Shown here piece after piece: positions 1-10,073 of a DNA stretch of 64,000 nucleotides (the stretch's first letter is position 1; each line of letters starts with the position of its first letter). The notes below the pieces were generated by a model. That model saw only the letters and a program-made list of their open reading frames with translations. It made no database searches and had not been told where the DNA came from. A program made the translations under genes and the position numbers. Source of the DNA: an uncultured Sandaracinus sp. (lineage in GTDB: Bacteria > Myxococcota_A > Polyangia > Polyangiales > Houyiibacteriaceae); assembly GCA_964462035.1 (NCBI GenBank), contig CAYXAP010000026.1, positions 4,555 through 68,554 of the forward strand. Direction: 5' to 3'.

Positions 1-98
1 GCCTGCTCCACCGGGGGCGTCGTCCCGAACGCCCAATAGAGCGCTCCCGCGCTCAGCAAGAGCGCGAGGCCGATCAGGACGATGACGAGCCAACGCAC
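1..98 (-). CDS. Partial CDS (N-terminus; runs off the window), membrane-anchored or exported protein
   Basis: GTG at 98 reads VRWLVIVLIGLALLLSAGALYWAFGTTPPVEQ, a hydrophobic N-terminal helix; divergent from ald. Confidence 0.6.
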   Translation of the reverse strand, partial: MRWLVIVLIGLALLLSAGALYWAFGTTPPVEQ

Positions 99-291
99 GG
101 GAGGGCTCTAATCCAACGGAAGCGGGAGGCAATGCAAGGCCTTCGTCAGGCGACCGGCGCCAGCGACCAAACGAAGCGATGTCGTGAGAAAACGCGGTTG
201 TTCCGCCCGTCTCGGCGACTAGGCTCGCTCCACTCGATCCTCCCGAACCTGCCGAGGTGGCAAGGCCCGTGGGGGACGACCGGAGCGGCAC

Positions 292-1401
292 GTGAAGATC
301 GGCATCCCCACGGAGATCAAGGAGCGGGAGCACCGCATCGGCATCAACCCCGGCGGTGTGGTCGAGCTGACGGCCGCCGGCCACGAGGTCGTCATCCAGA
401 AGGACGCCGGTGTCGGGTCGGGCTTCTCGAACGAGGAGCTGCAGAAGGCTGGGGCGACCATCGTCCCGACCGCGGCCGACGCCTGGGCCGCCGACATGGT
501 GATGAAGGTGAAGGAGCCGCTGGCCAGCGAGGTCCAGTACTTCCGCCCGGGGCTCATCCTCTACACCTACCTCCACCTGGCGCCGCTCCCCGAGCTGACC
601 AAGCACCTGATGGAGACCAAGGTCCGCGCGATCGCCTACGAGACCATCGAAGGTCCGGATGGCTCGCTCCCCCTGCTCCGACCGATGAGCGAGGTTGCCG
701 GTCGCATGGCCGTGCAGGTGGGGGCTGCGTCGCTCGAGAAGGAGCGCGGCGGCAAGGGTATCCTCCTGGGCGGCGTCCCCGGCACCCGTCGCGGCCGCGT
801 CGCGATCCTCGGTGGCGGCATCGTCGGCGCCAACGCCGCGACCATCGCGGTCGGCATGGGCGCCCACGTGACCGTGCTCGACATCAACCACGCGCGCATG
901 GCGTACCTCGAGGACGTCTTCCGCGGCTCGATCGAGACCCTCTACTCGAACAAGCGGAACATCCAGCAGGCGATCGAGTGGGCCGACCTGGTGATCGGCG
1001 CCGTGCTCGTTCCGGGTGCCCGCGCCCCGAAGCTCATCGACAAGTCGATGCTCGCCGACATGTCGGACGGCTCGGCCATCGTCGACGTCGCCGTCGACCA
1101 GGGCGGCTGCATCGAGACCTGCCGGCCCACCACCCACGACGACCCGACCTTCGTGCTCGACGGCGTGGTCCACTACTGCGTCCCGAACATGCCGGGTGCG
1201 GTCGCGCAGACCAGCACCTTCGCGCTCACGAACGTGACCCTCGGCTACGCCAAGCAGATCGCCAACGACGGCGTCGAGGCGGCCGTGAAGGCCGACCCCT
1301 ACCTCGCCAAGGGCGTGAACTGCTGGGACGGCGCGTGCACCTACCAGGCCGTCGCCGAGGGCGTCGGCACCGAGTACACGCCGCTCGAGACGCTCGTCTG
1401 A
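292..1401 (+). CDS. ald: Alanine dehydrogenase (AlaDH/PNT family)
   Basis: [37 protein letters not shown] Rossmann motif, [23 protein letters not shown]. Confidence 0.97.
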   Translation: MKIGIPTEIKEREHRIGINPGGVVELTAAGHEVVIQKDAGVGSGFSNEELQKAGATIVPTAADAWAADMVMKVKEPLASEVQYFRPGLILYTYLHLAPLPELTKHLMETKVRAIAYETIEGPDGSLPLLRPMSEVAGRMAVQVGAASLEKERGGKGILLGGVPGTRRGRVAILGGGIVGANAATIAVGMGAHVTVLDINHARMAYLEDVFRGSIETLYSNKRNIQQAIEWADLVIGAVLVPGARAPKLIDKSMLADMSDGSAIVDVAVDQGGCIETCRPTTHDDPTFVLDGVVHYCVPNMPGAVAQTSTFALTNVTLGYAKQIANDGVEAAVKADPYLAKGVNCWDGACTYQAVAEGVGTEYTPLETLV

Positions 1402-1420
1402 GCGTGGGTTCCCGAACCGC

Positions 1421-2416
1421 TCAGTAGCGGGCGCCGATGGAGGCGGTGACGTCCCACTGGGAGTCCACTCCATCGGGCACGTCCGCGTCCGCGCTGCTGG
1501 GGTTCCGCAGATCGATGTGGAACGTCAGCCCGAGGTTCAGGTAGCGGTAGCGACCGTTGAGCCCGACCGCGAGCCGCGAGCGAAACGCTCGAAGCTCGTT
1601 GAACGAGCGGTTGTTCTCGAGGTCGCTGGCGTCGCCGGTGCAACCGAAGGGCGGCCGCTGCGTCGGCGTCGGCGACTCCGGTCGGTCCGTCGCCGGCATG
1701 CACGCGGCGTAGGCGTCGACGTCCGGCGTGAGGTCGATGACCTCGCTATCGGCCATCACCCAGAAGAACTGCGCGCCGACGATGGGCGTGAGCTCGAAGA
1801 CCGAGCCGAGCACGATCTTCTTGCTGACGATCAGGTCGAAGCTCGGCACCGTCATCTGTAGCTGACCCGAGCCCGCGAGCGTCCGGACGGTCCCACGCAG
1901 CGCGATGTCCGGCAGGAGGGCCTTCCAGCCTTCCCGGAACCCCTCGAGGATGGCGATCTTCAGGTCCGCACCGAAGACCCACATCGAGGTGTCATAGAAG
2001 CGGCCGCCTTCGACGCCGAGCTCGATCCCGAAGGGCAGCCCCTTGCGGAGGTGCAGCCGGGAGCTGGCCAGCGAGCCGTTCACGAAGCGGTTCTCGCCGC
2101 CGGTTCCGTCGCCGCGCGTCCCGAGCCGCCAATACTGGGCGTCGTCATCGATCGAGGCGATCGACGTCTCGAAGCCCAGATAGAAGCCCTTGGTCCCGGT
2201 CGTGGCCGCCCCCGTCGTGATGGGCGCAGCCACCGCGAAGCCCAGCTGCGAGCTGAAGCGGTGGAAGTTCTCGTTGTCCGGGGTGTAGATGCCCGGCGAG
2301 GTCTCGGTTCGGAACCGATGGATCTCCGGGTTCATCTCCTGCGCCTCGGCCGACGAACCGAACGCGACCCCGCCCACCGAGGCGATCAGCGCACCCATCC
2401 GCAGCCAGGGAGACAT
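1421..2416 (-). CDS. Exported protein, probable outer-membrane beta-barrel
   Basis: Signal peptide (AEA-Q), amphipathic beta-strands (HLRKGLPFGIELGVEG), C-terminal aromatic residue (IGARY); start 2416 supported by TAGCTT-N7-ATG. Confidence 0.7.
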   Translation of the reverse strand: MSPWLRMGALIASVGGVAFGSSAEAQEMNPEIHRFRTETSPGIYTPDNENFHRFSSQLGFAVAAPITTGAATTGTKGFYLGFETSIASIDDDAQYWRLGTRGDGTGGENRFVNGSLASSRLHLRKGLPFGIELGVEGGRFYDTSMWVFGADLKIAILEGFREGWKALLPDIALRGTVRTLAGSGQLQMTVPSFDLIVSKKIVLGSVFELTPIVGAQFFWVMADSEVIDLTPDVDAYAACMPATDRPESPTPTQRPPFGCTGDASDLENNRSFNELRAFRSRLAVGLNGRYRYLNLGLTFHIDLRNPSSADADVPDGVDSQWDVTASIGARY

Positions 2417-2676
2417 CCGGTGCAAGCTATCGGCGCCCGCCACACCCGGTCAAGAACCGGGGCCGTCCGCACGATAGGGTCGCAACCGACGCCGGAGGGT
2501 GTGGGGGGTGATGGGTGCCTCCGACGTCGGCGCGTCGCCGACCGGCTCGCGACGTCGAGTCCGGGATGGGAGGACTCCCGAGCGAGACTGCCGACCCCCG
2601 AACCATGAAGCCTCTGACCCCCGCCGTCTCCGTTCTGGCGCCGATTGGCTCGCCCACGGCGCGAGAAGGGGCATGG

Positions 2677-3939
2677 TCAGTCACAGAGGTTGTGACAGAC
2701 CTGCTGGGACGCGACGCCGATGAGGTGCTCGCCTCGGCGCGAACGCCCGACCGCGAAGAGCACGACGAGCGGACACGCGGTGCCGCCGTCCTCGTGGAGC
2801 AGGACGAACCAGAGCGGTCCCGTCGTGAGGCCCTCGAGCGCCCCGAGGACCTCGAGTGTCTCCATCGCGTCTTCCCGGGCTCGAGGGTCGGCGGCGAGCT
2901 CCTCGTCGTGTTCCTCGTCGGTTCCCGGCCGGTAGAAGAGATGTTGGCCCTCGACGTCCGTGTGGACCTCGTCGTTCAGGGAGTAGCCGACATAGCCGGG
3001 GTACGGGATCGCGGTCTGGTCGAGGTCCAGGATGTAGTCGCTGCGGAAGTTCCGTGCCCGGAGCGCTCGGAGCACGCCGGCCCCCGTGAGTGGACCGGCG
3101 CCCGGGTCGGCCGCCAGGAAGGGCTCGACGTCGTAGGTGCCTGCGCCGCGGTAGCACTGCCCGAGCGGCAGCTCGGCGAGCGCCCGCAGGTCCGCGCTCG
3201 CCTCCTGCCAGAGTGCGTCGTCGGCAGCGTCCGACTCGAAGCAGACGACCCCCTCGCGATGGCCGATGCGCTCGGTGAACGGGCTCTGTCGGAAGCCCGT
3301 CTCCGGATCCCAGTGGAGAAACCCCTCGGAGAACCGGGGCTTCGCCACCGGCGTGGACTTCGCAGCGGTGGGCGGCGGAGCCTCGGTCGCGCTCGCCTTT
3401 CCAGCCCCCCGTTCCCGATAGGCCCCGCCCGGTTCCTCGGTCGCCAGGAACTTCTGCATCGCCGCCAGCACGTCCTCCTGGTCCTCGGTCTCCACGTGCA
3501 GCGTCCAGCGCGAGCGGAGCTTGCCCCGCGCGCCGAGCGACACCCGCGGTCTGCCCAACAGACTCCGCCCTCGCACCGGTTCCCCCTGCGCCACGGCGTG
3601 GTGCACCCCCCACCGCCGCGCGACCGAGTTCTCCGTTCCCTCCTTCAGGATGACGAACGGCGGCTGCTTCATCGCGACCAGCCCCCGTGTGACGGGGAAG
3701 AGAACCACGGCACGATCGGTGATCAGCAGATCGCCGGCGAACCAGGTCATGGAAGCCGAGAGCGGCGCCCGACTCCCGACCGCTGCCCGAACGCCGCGGA
3801 GCTCGAGCAGGACTCGGGCGTCGCTCAGCTCCTCCCGCACCGCTCGATGGCGACGGTCGAGAGCGACGTGAATGGCCCCGTTGCTCGCCACGAGGAAAGC
3901 CAGACCGCCGGCGACCAGGGAGACGAGCTCGATCACCAT
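2677..3939 (-). CDS. Hypothetical two-domain protein with N-terminal membrane anchor
   Basis: 420-aa ORF with GC3-type codons; hydrophobic N-terminus, Pro/Ala linker (ATEAPPPTAAKSTP), acidic C-terminal domain. Confidence 0.6.
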   Translation of the reverse strand: MVIELVSLVAGGLAFLVASNGAIHVALDRRHRAVREELSDARVLLELRGVRAAVGSRAPLSASMTWFAGDLLITDRAVVLFPVTRGLVAMKQPPFVILKEGTENSVARRWGVHHAVAQGEPVRGRSLLGRPRVSLGARGKLRSRWTLHVETEDQEDVLAAMQKFLATEEPGGAYRERGAGKASATEAPPPTAAKSTPVAKPRFSEGFLHWDPETGFRQSPFTERIGHREGVVCFESDAADDALWQEASADLRALAELPLGQCYRGAGTYDVEPFLAADPGAGPLTGAGVLRALRARNFRSDYILDLDQTAIPYPGYVGYSLNDEVHTDVEGQHLFYRPGTDEEHDEELAADPRAREDAMETLEVLGALEGLTTGPLWFVLLHEDGGTACPLVVLFAVGRSRRGEHLIGVASQQVCHNLCD

Positions 3940-4103
3940 CCGAGACGCTTCTCCTGGTCCACGGCGCGGAGCCTAGCACTCGCTCAGGGCACCCGAGCAA
4001 CGGGACGGCCCGGGGCATCGCGTGTGCGTCCAGCCACACGCCGGTGCGTGGCGAGACCCACGGTGTGTGCTCGATGACGTGCAAAACACGGGCGTTCCCG
4101 CGT

Positions 4104-4119
4104 TGGCACGGGGGATGAA
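4104..4119 (+). promoter_or_regulatory. Putative sigma54 (-24/-12) promoter of the VIT-vWA operon
   Basis: TGGCACG-GGGG-ATGAA versus consensus TGGCACG-N4-TTGCW; perfect -24 box, weak -12 box; 23 nt before the ATG. Confidence 0.45.
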
Positions 4120-4142
4120 ACGGGCGGGGGCGAGGACCGCCG

Positions 4143-6674
4143 ATGAACCGAACCCGACTCGCCTTCGCCGCCACGCTCGCCCTCGCGATGCTGGCTCCCG
4201 CCCACTCCGACGCCGACGCCGACGGCGCCACGACGCCCAGCGCGGGCGCGCTTCGAGCCCTGAGCCCGGACCGGACGCCGCTCGGTCAGTGCCCGCTCGA
4301 GCACACCGACGTGACCATGGACGTGAGCGGGTCGACCGTCCACGCACGCGTCAGCCAACGCTTCAGCAACCCCTTCGACGAGCCCATCGAGGCGGTCTAC
4401 GTCTTCCCGCTCCCCGAGAACGCCGCGGTCAACGCGATGCAGATGCGCATCGGCGACCGGGTCGTGCAGTCCCAGATCATGCGCCGCGAGGCGGCGCGCG
4501 AGACCTACGAGGCCGCTCGCAATCAGGGCCAGACGGCCAGCCTCCTCGAGCAGGAGCGACCGAACATCTTCACGACCTCGGTCGCCAACATCCGACCGGG
4601 CCACCCGATCGAGGTCACCCTCGAGTACGTGGCGACGGTGCCCTACGAGAGCGGCACCTACGAGCTCGCCTTCCCGATGACCGTTGGCCCCCGCTTCATC
4701 CCTGGGCAGCCCACCGGCCAGAGCGGCACCGGCTACGAGCCCGACACCGACCGCGTCCCCGACGCCTCGCGCATCACGCCGCCGGTCGCGCCGACCGGTC
4801 GGAGCGGTCACGACATCGCGCTCCGCGTGAACCTCGACGCCGGCATCGCGATGGCCATGCCGAGCTCGCCGAGTCACGACCTGAGCACGCGCCGCCTCGA
4901 CGCCAACCGCGTGCGGGTCGACCTCGCGAGCCATGACTCGATCCCCAACAAGGACTTCGTGCTCCGCTGGGAGGTCGCGCCCGAGCGGGTCTCGAGCGGC
5001 GTGCTCGCCCACCGACCGGACGCGAGCGAGCCCGGCTACCTGAGCCTCGTGCTCCACCCGAACCCCGCGCCCCCGACGGACGAGATCACCCCGAAGGAGA
5101 TCGTCTTCGTCCTCGACACCTCGGGCTCGATGAGCGGCCAGCCCATGGAGCTCAGCAAGCGACTGATGCGCAACCTCATCAGCGACCTGCACCCGCGCGA
5201 CACCTTCGGCGTGCTCCGGTACGACAGCAGCACCAGCGCGCTCAGCCCGACGCCGCTCGCGAACACCCCCGCCAATCGTCAGCGGGCGCTGCAATTCGTC
5301 GAGGGCCTCAGCGGCTCGGGCGGCACCGACGCGCTGGCCGGCGTCCGCGCCGCCTTCGACTACCCGCGCGACACCGATCGGCTGCGCATCGTGGTCTTCC
5401 TCAGTGACGGCTACATCGGCAATGACCGCGAGATCCTCGCCGAGGTGCAACGGCGCATCGGCGACGCCCGCCTCTTCGGCTTCGGCGTCGGCTCGAGCGT
5501 GAACCGCTACCTCCTCGAGGAGATGGGGCGCGTCGGCCGGGGCACCACCGCCATCGTCACGCTCGACCAGGATCCGGTCGCGCAGGTCGACGATTTCTAC
5601 CACCGCCTGCAGAGCCCCTACCTCACCGACATCCGGGTCGACTGGGGCAACCTCCGCGTCCGCAGCACCTTCCCCGATCCCATCCCCGACCTCTTCGCCG
5701 GTCAGCCGCTCACCCTGCACGGCCGCTACCGCCGCGCGGGTACCGGGACCATCACGGTCCGCGGTCGGCTCGCCGGTCGCCCCTTCCGTCAGACCCTCGA
5801 GGTCACCCTCCCCGACGAGGAACCGGACCACGCCGCCATCGCCTCGCTCTGGGCGCGCGCCCGCGTCGCCGAGCTCGAGCGCCAGATGCACGACGGGCCC
5901 AACGAACGCCTCGAAGAAGAGCTGACTCAGGTCGCGCTCGACCACTCGCTCGTCACGCGGAAGACCTCCTTCGTCGCCGTGGAGCGTCGCGTGGTGACCG
6001 ACCCCGAAGGCGGCCCGCCCCGCCTCGTCGCCGTGCCCGCCGAGCTCCCCGACGGCGTCTCCGCCGACGGTGTCTTCGGCAGCAACCTCTCGCTCGCCCG
6101 CTTCCAGCCCGGTGACCCCGAGCTGCGCGTGGAAGCCCCCGCGGACGCGCTCAGCGTGACCGCCGACTTCCCCTTCGGCGACACCAAGGAGCTCCACTTC
6201 GAGCCGCGCCTCGGCAAGTGGACCACCCGCTTCCTGGTGCCGCGCGAGACGGCGGAGGGCAACTACCACATCCAGATCGTCATCACCCTCGCGGACGGGA
6301 CCCAGGAGCGCCTCAGCCAGGCATACACGGTCGACAGCTCCGCCCCCGACGTCGACGTCGAGCTGGTGGGCGATCCCTCGAGCGGCACCGTGCTCGTGGT
6401 CGCCAAGCAGCGCTTCACCGAGGCCGACCACGCCCTGCACGGCAACCGCCGCGTCGACATCCTCAGCGACGTCGCCCGGCTCCGCGTGACCCTGCCGAGC
6501 GGTGAGCGGCTGCAGCTCCGCATGGTCGAGCCCGGCCACTGGGAGGCCGAGCTCGCGGTCGAGGACGACGCCGACGCGGTGGAGCTGCGCGTGACGGCCT
6601 ACGACGTGGCCGGCAACCGCGGCACCCGCACCCATCGCTTCGACGTCACGACCCTCGAGGGACAGAGCCAGTGA
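4143..6674 (+). CDS. Secreted VIT + vWA domain protein (inter-alpha-trypsin inhibitor heavy-chain-like) with C-terminal beta-sandwich extension
   Basis: Signal peptide; VIT motifs (QRFSNP..EAVYVFPLP, AARETYEAA, LLEQERPNIF); MIDAS DTSGSM, GGTD, FLSDG, FGVGSSVNRYLL. Confidence 0.92.
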   Translation: MNRTRLAFAATLALAMLAPAHSDADADGATTPSAGALRALSPDRTPLGQCPLEHTDVTMDVSGSTVHARVSQRFSNPFDEPIEAVYVFPLPENAAVNAMQMRIGDRVVQSQIMRREAARETYEAARNQGQTASLLEQERPNIFTTSVANIRPGHPIEVTLEYVATVPYESGTYELAFPMTVGPRFIPGQPTGQSGTGYEPDTDRVPDASRITPPVAPTGRSGHDIALRVNLDAGIAMAMPSSPSHDLSTRRLDANRVRVDLASHDSIPNKDFVLRWEVAPERVSSGVLAHRPDASEPGYLSLVLHPNPAPPTDEITPKEIVFVLDTSGSMSGQPMELSKRLMRNLISDLHPRDTFGVLRYDSSTSALSPTPLANTPANRQRALQFVEGLSGSGGTDALAGVRAAFDYPRDTDRLRIVVFLSDGYIGNDREILAEVQRRIGDARLFGFGVGSSVNRYLLEEMGRVGRGTTAIVTLDQDPVAQVDDFYHRLQSPYLTDIRVDWGNLRVRSTFPDPIPDLFAGQPLTLHGRYRRAGTGTITVRGRLAGRPFRQTLEVTLPDEEPDHAAIASLWARARVAELERQMHDGPNERLEEELTQVALDHSLVTRKTSFVAVERRVVTDPEGGPPRLVAVPAELPDGVSADGVFGSNLSLARFQPGDPELRVEAPADALSVTADFPFGDTKELHFEPRLGKWTTRFLVPRETAEGNYHIQIVITLADGTQERLSQAYTVDSSAPDVDVELVGDPSSGTVLVVAKQRFTEADHALHGNRRVDILSDVARLRVTLPSGERLQLRMVEPGHWEAELAVEDDADAVELRVTAYDVAGNRGTRTHRFDVTTLEGQSQ

Positions 6675-8341
6675 GCCTGCTGCTCATCGCCGCCCAGGTG
6701 CTCGCCGTGCTCACCGGCACGGCGGACACCAAGGCTCTGCATGCCGACGAAGACGGGACCGTATGGGCAGGCACCACCGGTGGCCTGGTTCGCGCCGACG
6801 GCGAGTCGCGCCTCGTGTTCACGCCCGCGGACGGGCTCCCGGACGGAACGGTCCGCGCGCTCCTGCGCAAGGGCGACACGCTCTGGGTCGGCACCGACCG
6901 CGGCGTCGCCGAGTGCACCACGGACGGCGACACGCTCCGAGTCGACTCCGTCCACGGCGGCCGACTTCGCGTCGAAGCGTTGGCCATCCACGACGGGCGG
7001 CTCTGGGTCGGCGCCACGACGGGCCTCTTCGTTCGCGAGGGCGACGCGCTTCGACAGCTGCCACGCTTCGAGCGCGTCAGCGCCATCGCGAGCGCCGGCG
7101 ATTCGCTCTACGTGGCCAGCCCGGGCCACGGCGTCTACCAGCTGCGCGGCGAGCGACGGAGACGGCTCCGTGGGGACCGACTCGCGTGGGGTCTGGCGAT
7201 GGACGGCGACCAGCTCTGGGTGGCCACGAGCCGCGGGCTCGAGACCTATCGTGGTCGCCGCCGCTTGCCCTCGCCGGCCGTGCGCGCGTCGCGTCGCATC
7301 GCGGGTCGAGACCTTCGCGCGGTGCGCATCCACGAAGGCGCGCCCGTGGTCGGGAGCTTCGGCGGGGGCGCCTGGCGCTTCGATGGTCGCCGTTTCGTGG
7401 CGGCCAGCGGCGTCCCCACGGACGCCCGTGTGCAGACCCTTGCCATCGGACCGAGCGGCTGGCTCGCGGGCACGCCCGAGGGAGTCCGGGGCCGGCGCGC
7501 ACCCGCGAACGAAGCCACCCTCCCCGACAACGACCTGAGCGCGCTCGCTCGCACCGCCGAGGGCCTCTGGATCGGCACCTTCGACCATGGCCTGGTGCTC
7601 CGGGGCGACGACGGCTCGTTCCAGACCTTCGACGAAGCTGGGGGTCTTCTCGACGACCGAGTGAACCGACTCGCCGTCGACGCCGAAGGGGATCTCTGGG
7701 TGGCGACGGACCGAGGCGTCGTCGAGCGGCAGGGCGACGGCTTCGAGCTGCGCGGTCTCCTCGACCGTCACGTCTTCGCGCTCGGCTTCGTCGACGGCGC
7801 GATCCACGCGGGCGCTGGGGCGGAGGTCTTCGCTTTCGTGGACGGCGCGTTCCGGAGGGTGGACCAACCCGGCCAGCGCCCCCAGGACTTCGCCGAGCGC
7901 GGCGCGGGCGGCGTGCTGGTCGCGAGCGCCGAGGGGTTGGCGCGACGCACCGAGGGACGGTGGGCGCTGACCACCTCCGACGACGGGCTGAGCGACGACT
8001 GGGTCACCGCGGTCGCGGTGGCCTCGGACGCCGCCTATGTCGGCACCTATGCCAGTGGCGTCGCGCGGATGACCGAAGAGCGCGTCGAAATCCTTCGTGA
8101 AGACCTGTGGGTCAACGCCGGTGCCCTCGCCTGGCTCCCGGATCCGAGCGGTGACCACCGCCTCGCGGTCGGCACCCTCGACGACGGACTCTGGCTGCAC
8201 GACGCCTCGAGCGGCGATTGGGCCCGCCTCGGCACCGCCGAGGGGCTGCCCGACGACGACGTCACCGCGGTGCTGAGCAACGACGACGGAACGCTCTGGG
8301 TCGCGACCCGCGGTGGCCTCGCGCGCGTCGCTCTTCGCTAG
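6671..8341 (+). CDS. Secreted beta-propeller protein (two-component regulator propeller-type repeats, no kinase domain)
   Basis: Repeated LWVGT.GL / DGLPD..V.A blades; GTGA overlap with the upstream gene. Confidence 0.85.
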   Translation: MSLLLIAAQVLAVLTGTADTKALHADEDGTVWAGTTGGLVRADGESRLVFTPADGLPDGTVRALLRKGDTLWVGTDRGVAECTTDGDTLRVDSVHGGRLRVEALAIHDGRLWVGATTGLFVREGDALRQLPRFERVSAIASAGDSLYVASPGHGVYQLRGERRRRLRGDRLAWGLAMDGDQLWVATSRGLETYRGRRRLPSPAVRASRRIAGRDLRAVRIHEGAPVVGSFGGGAWRFDGRRFVAASGVPTDARVQTLAIGPSGWLAGTPEGVRGRRAPANEATLPDNDLSALARTAEGLWIGTFDHGLVLRGDDGSFQTFDEAGGLLDDRVNRLAVDAEGDLWVATDRGVVERQGDGFELRGLLDRHVFALGFVDGAIHAGAGAEVFAFVDGAFRRVDQPGQRPQDFAERGAGGVLVASAEGLARRTEGRWALTTSDDGLSDDWVTAVAVASDAAYVGTYASGVARMTEERVEILREDLWVNAGALAWLPDPSGDHRLAVGTLDDGLWLHDASSGDWARLGTAEGLPDDDVTAVLSNDDGTLWVATRGGLARVALR

Positions 8342-8382
8342 CGAGCAGACGCGCGAGCGCATGCCGCGCTATGCTCGCGCGC

Positions 8383-10005
8383 TTGGACGAGAAGCCGGAG
8401 CGACGACCGATCGGAGCCGCGCTGGCTCCATGGGGGACCACGCTGGTCGCGCTCGGCCTGGGCGCCGCGTTCGCGATGGATCGGGCGGCTCGCATCGACC
8501 GCGACCAGTGGCTCTGGGTGCTGGTCGGTTCGAGCCTCGCGGCCGGGCTCGGGTGCACCGGGCTGCTCCTCGTCACGCGATGGACGGTCCAGCGACGGCT
8601 CCTGCTCGCGATCCTGCCCGCCACCCTCCCCGCGCTCACTGGGATCGCGGTCATGCGCCCGCTGGTGAGGCGGATTCCCTTCGAGTTCTCGAGCGTCTCC
8701 AGCCACGCGACGATGGCGGTGGTGGGGTTCTCGGAGGCGGTGACGACGACCGCCCTCGGACTCCTCCTCTCGGCGGGCTTCTTCCTGGGGATCGCCACCG
8801 CCGCGGCCGCCATCGCTCACGAGATCCGCGCCTACGCCGCTGCGCTCGTCGCCACCGCGTTCGGGTGGGTCGCCGCCACGTCGGCGGTCTGGCACTCGGT
8901 GGTCGCGGGGACCCTGCATGAGCTGGGCACCACCGACGCCGCGCTGCGGGTCGGCGTCGTGACGCGAGCGGCCCCGACGGTGGAGGCCCTCCACATGGCC
9001 GGTCTCCTCGGGGGCGTGGCCCTTCTCGGGGCCGCGGCGGCCCTCGTCCTCCGCTCGGACTCCGACCGACGCTGGATCGGAGCGGTGCTGATGTCTGCGG
9101 TGGGCGTGGCGGCCTTCGTCGCCGTGCTTCCCGTGGCCCGCGACTCGGCGCTCGAGGACGTGCGCGGGTTGCTCCACCGACCCTGGAACGAGCCCGACTT
9201 CGAGCCGATCGAGCTCCCCGGCTACTCCTCCGAGGAGGCTCCGCTCGGTGTGCTCGGTCCGGGTGGCCTTCGCGGCCCGGGGGACACCCGGGCAGAAGCC
9301 GCGGCCGCGGCCCTCGCCAGCGCAGTGGAGGTGCGCGAGCGAGCGCGGAACCCCGACGCCGAGCTGCCGGGAGAAGAACCGGTGTCGGAGGAGCCAGCGC
9401 CGGAGGACGGGGATGAGTGCGAAGAGCCCGCGCCCCAGCCCACGGGCGTCATGGGAGTCCTCTTCGGGACGATCACGCCATGCGGCGAGAGCCGGTGGGA
9501 GATCGTCACGCTGGCCCTCGACGCACGGACCGACGTCGCGGAGCTGCGGTCGGCGATCGATCGACTGGCGGGCGCGGGACTGCAGACGCTCGAGCTCGTC
9601 GGGCCCGTGGAGCGCCCGCCGGAAGAGGCGCGGTCCATCCCCCTCGCCGCGGCCTTCTTCGACGCCCGCAGTTGGTCGGCCATCGTCCATCTGCGTCAGG
9701 CGTGCGAGCCGGAGGAGGGCTTGCCCTTCTTCACCGGCGAGGTGGGCGCGGAGCCGTTGGAGAGCCTGGTGCTCCGCGGCGAGCCCGAGAGCCTCGAGGA
9801 GGCCGGCCGAGCCTGGCAATCCGTTCGACGGGAGCGCCCCGTGACCTTCCTCGCGCTCACCGACGACGCCACGCCGCGCTCGCTGGCCCTCACGAGCATG
9901 TCGATTTCGGACCTCGTCGGGGGGGACACCTACCTCTTCCCTTCACCGGAGGTCGCGCCGGACCCACCCGCGCCGGCCGGCGGTGACGAGCCTCCGACCC
10001 CCTGA
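8383..10005 (+). CDS. Multi-pass membrane protein with degenerate ExbB/TolQ-like and ExbD/TolR-like segments
   Basis: About 7 hydrophobic helices; GFSEAVTTTALGL (ExbB-like) and VTLALDARTDVAELRSAIDRLAGAGLQTLELV (ExbD-like); start TTG 8383 (TATGCT-N7) or ATG 8371. Confidence 0.6.
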   Translation: MDEKPERRPIGAALAPWGTTLVALGLGAAFAMDRAARIDRDQWLWVLVGSSLAAGLGCTGLLLVTRWTVQRRLLLAILPATLPALTGIAVMRPLVRRIPFEFSSVSSHATMAVVGFSEAVTTTALGLLLSAGFFLGIATAAAAIAHEIRAYAAALVATAFGWVAATSAVWHSVVAGTLHELGTTDAALRVGVVTRAAPTVEALHMAGLLGGVALLGAAAALVLRSDSDRRWIGAVLMSAVGVAAFVAVLPVARDSALEDVRGLLHRPWNEPDFEPIELPGYSSEEAPLGVLGPGGLRGPGDTRAEAAAAALASAVEVRERARNPDAELPGEEPVSEEPAPEDGDECEEPAPQPTGVMGVLFGTITPCGESRWEIVTLALDARTDVAELRSAIDRLAGAGLQTLELVGPVERPPEEARSIPLAAAFFDARSWSAIVHLRQACEPEEGLPFFTGEVGAEPLESLVLRGEPESLEEAGRAWQSVRRERPVTFLALTDDATPRSLALTSMSISDLVGGDTYLFPSPEVAPDPPAPAGGDEPPTP

Positions 10006-10073
10006 GCGCCGATCCTGGGAGCGCCGCAGGACGCGACGCGACCGTCCCCTCGCGCGCATCGACCCTCGAGGGT

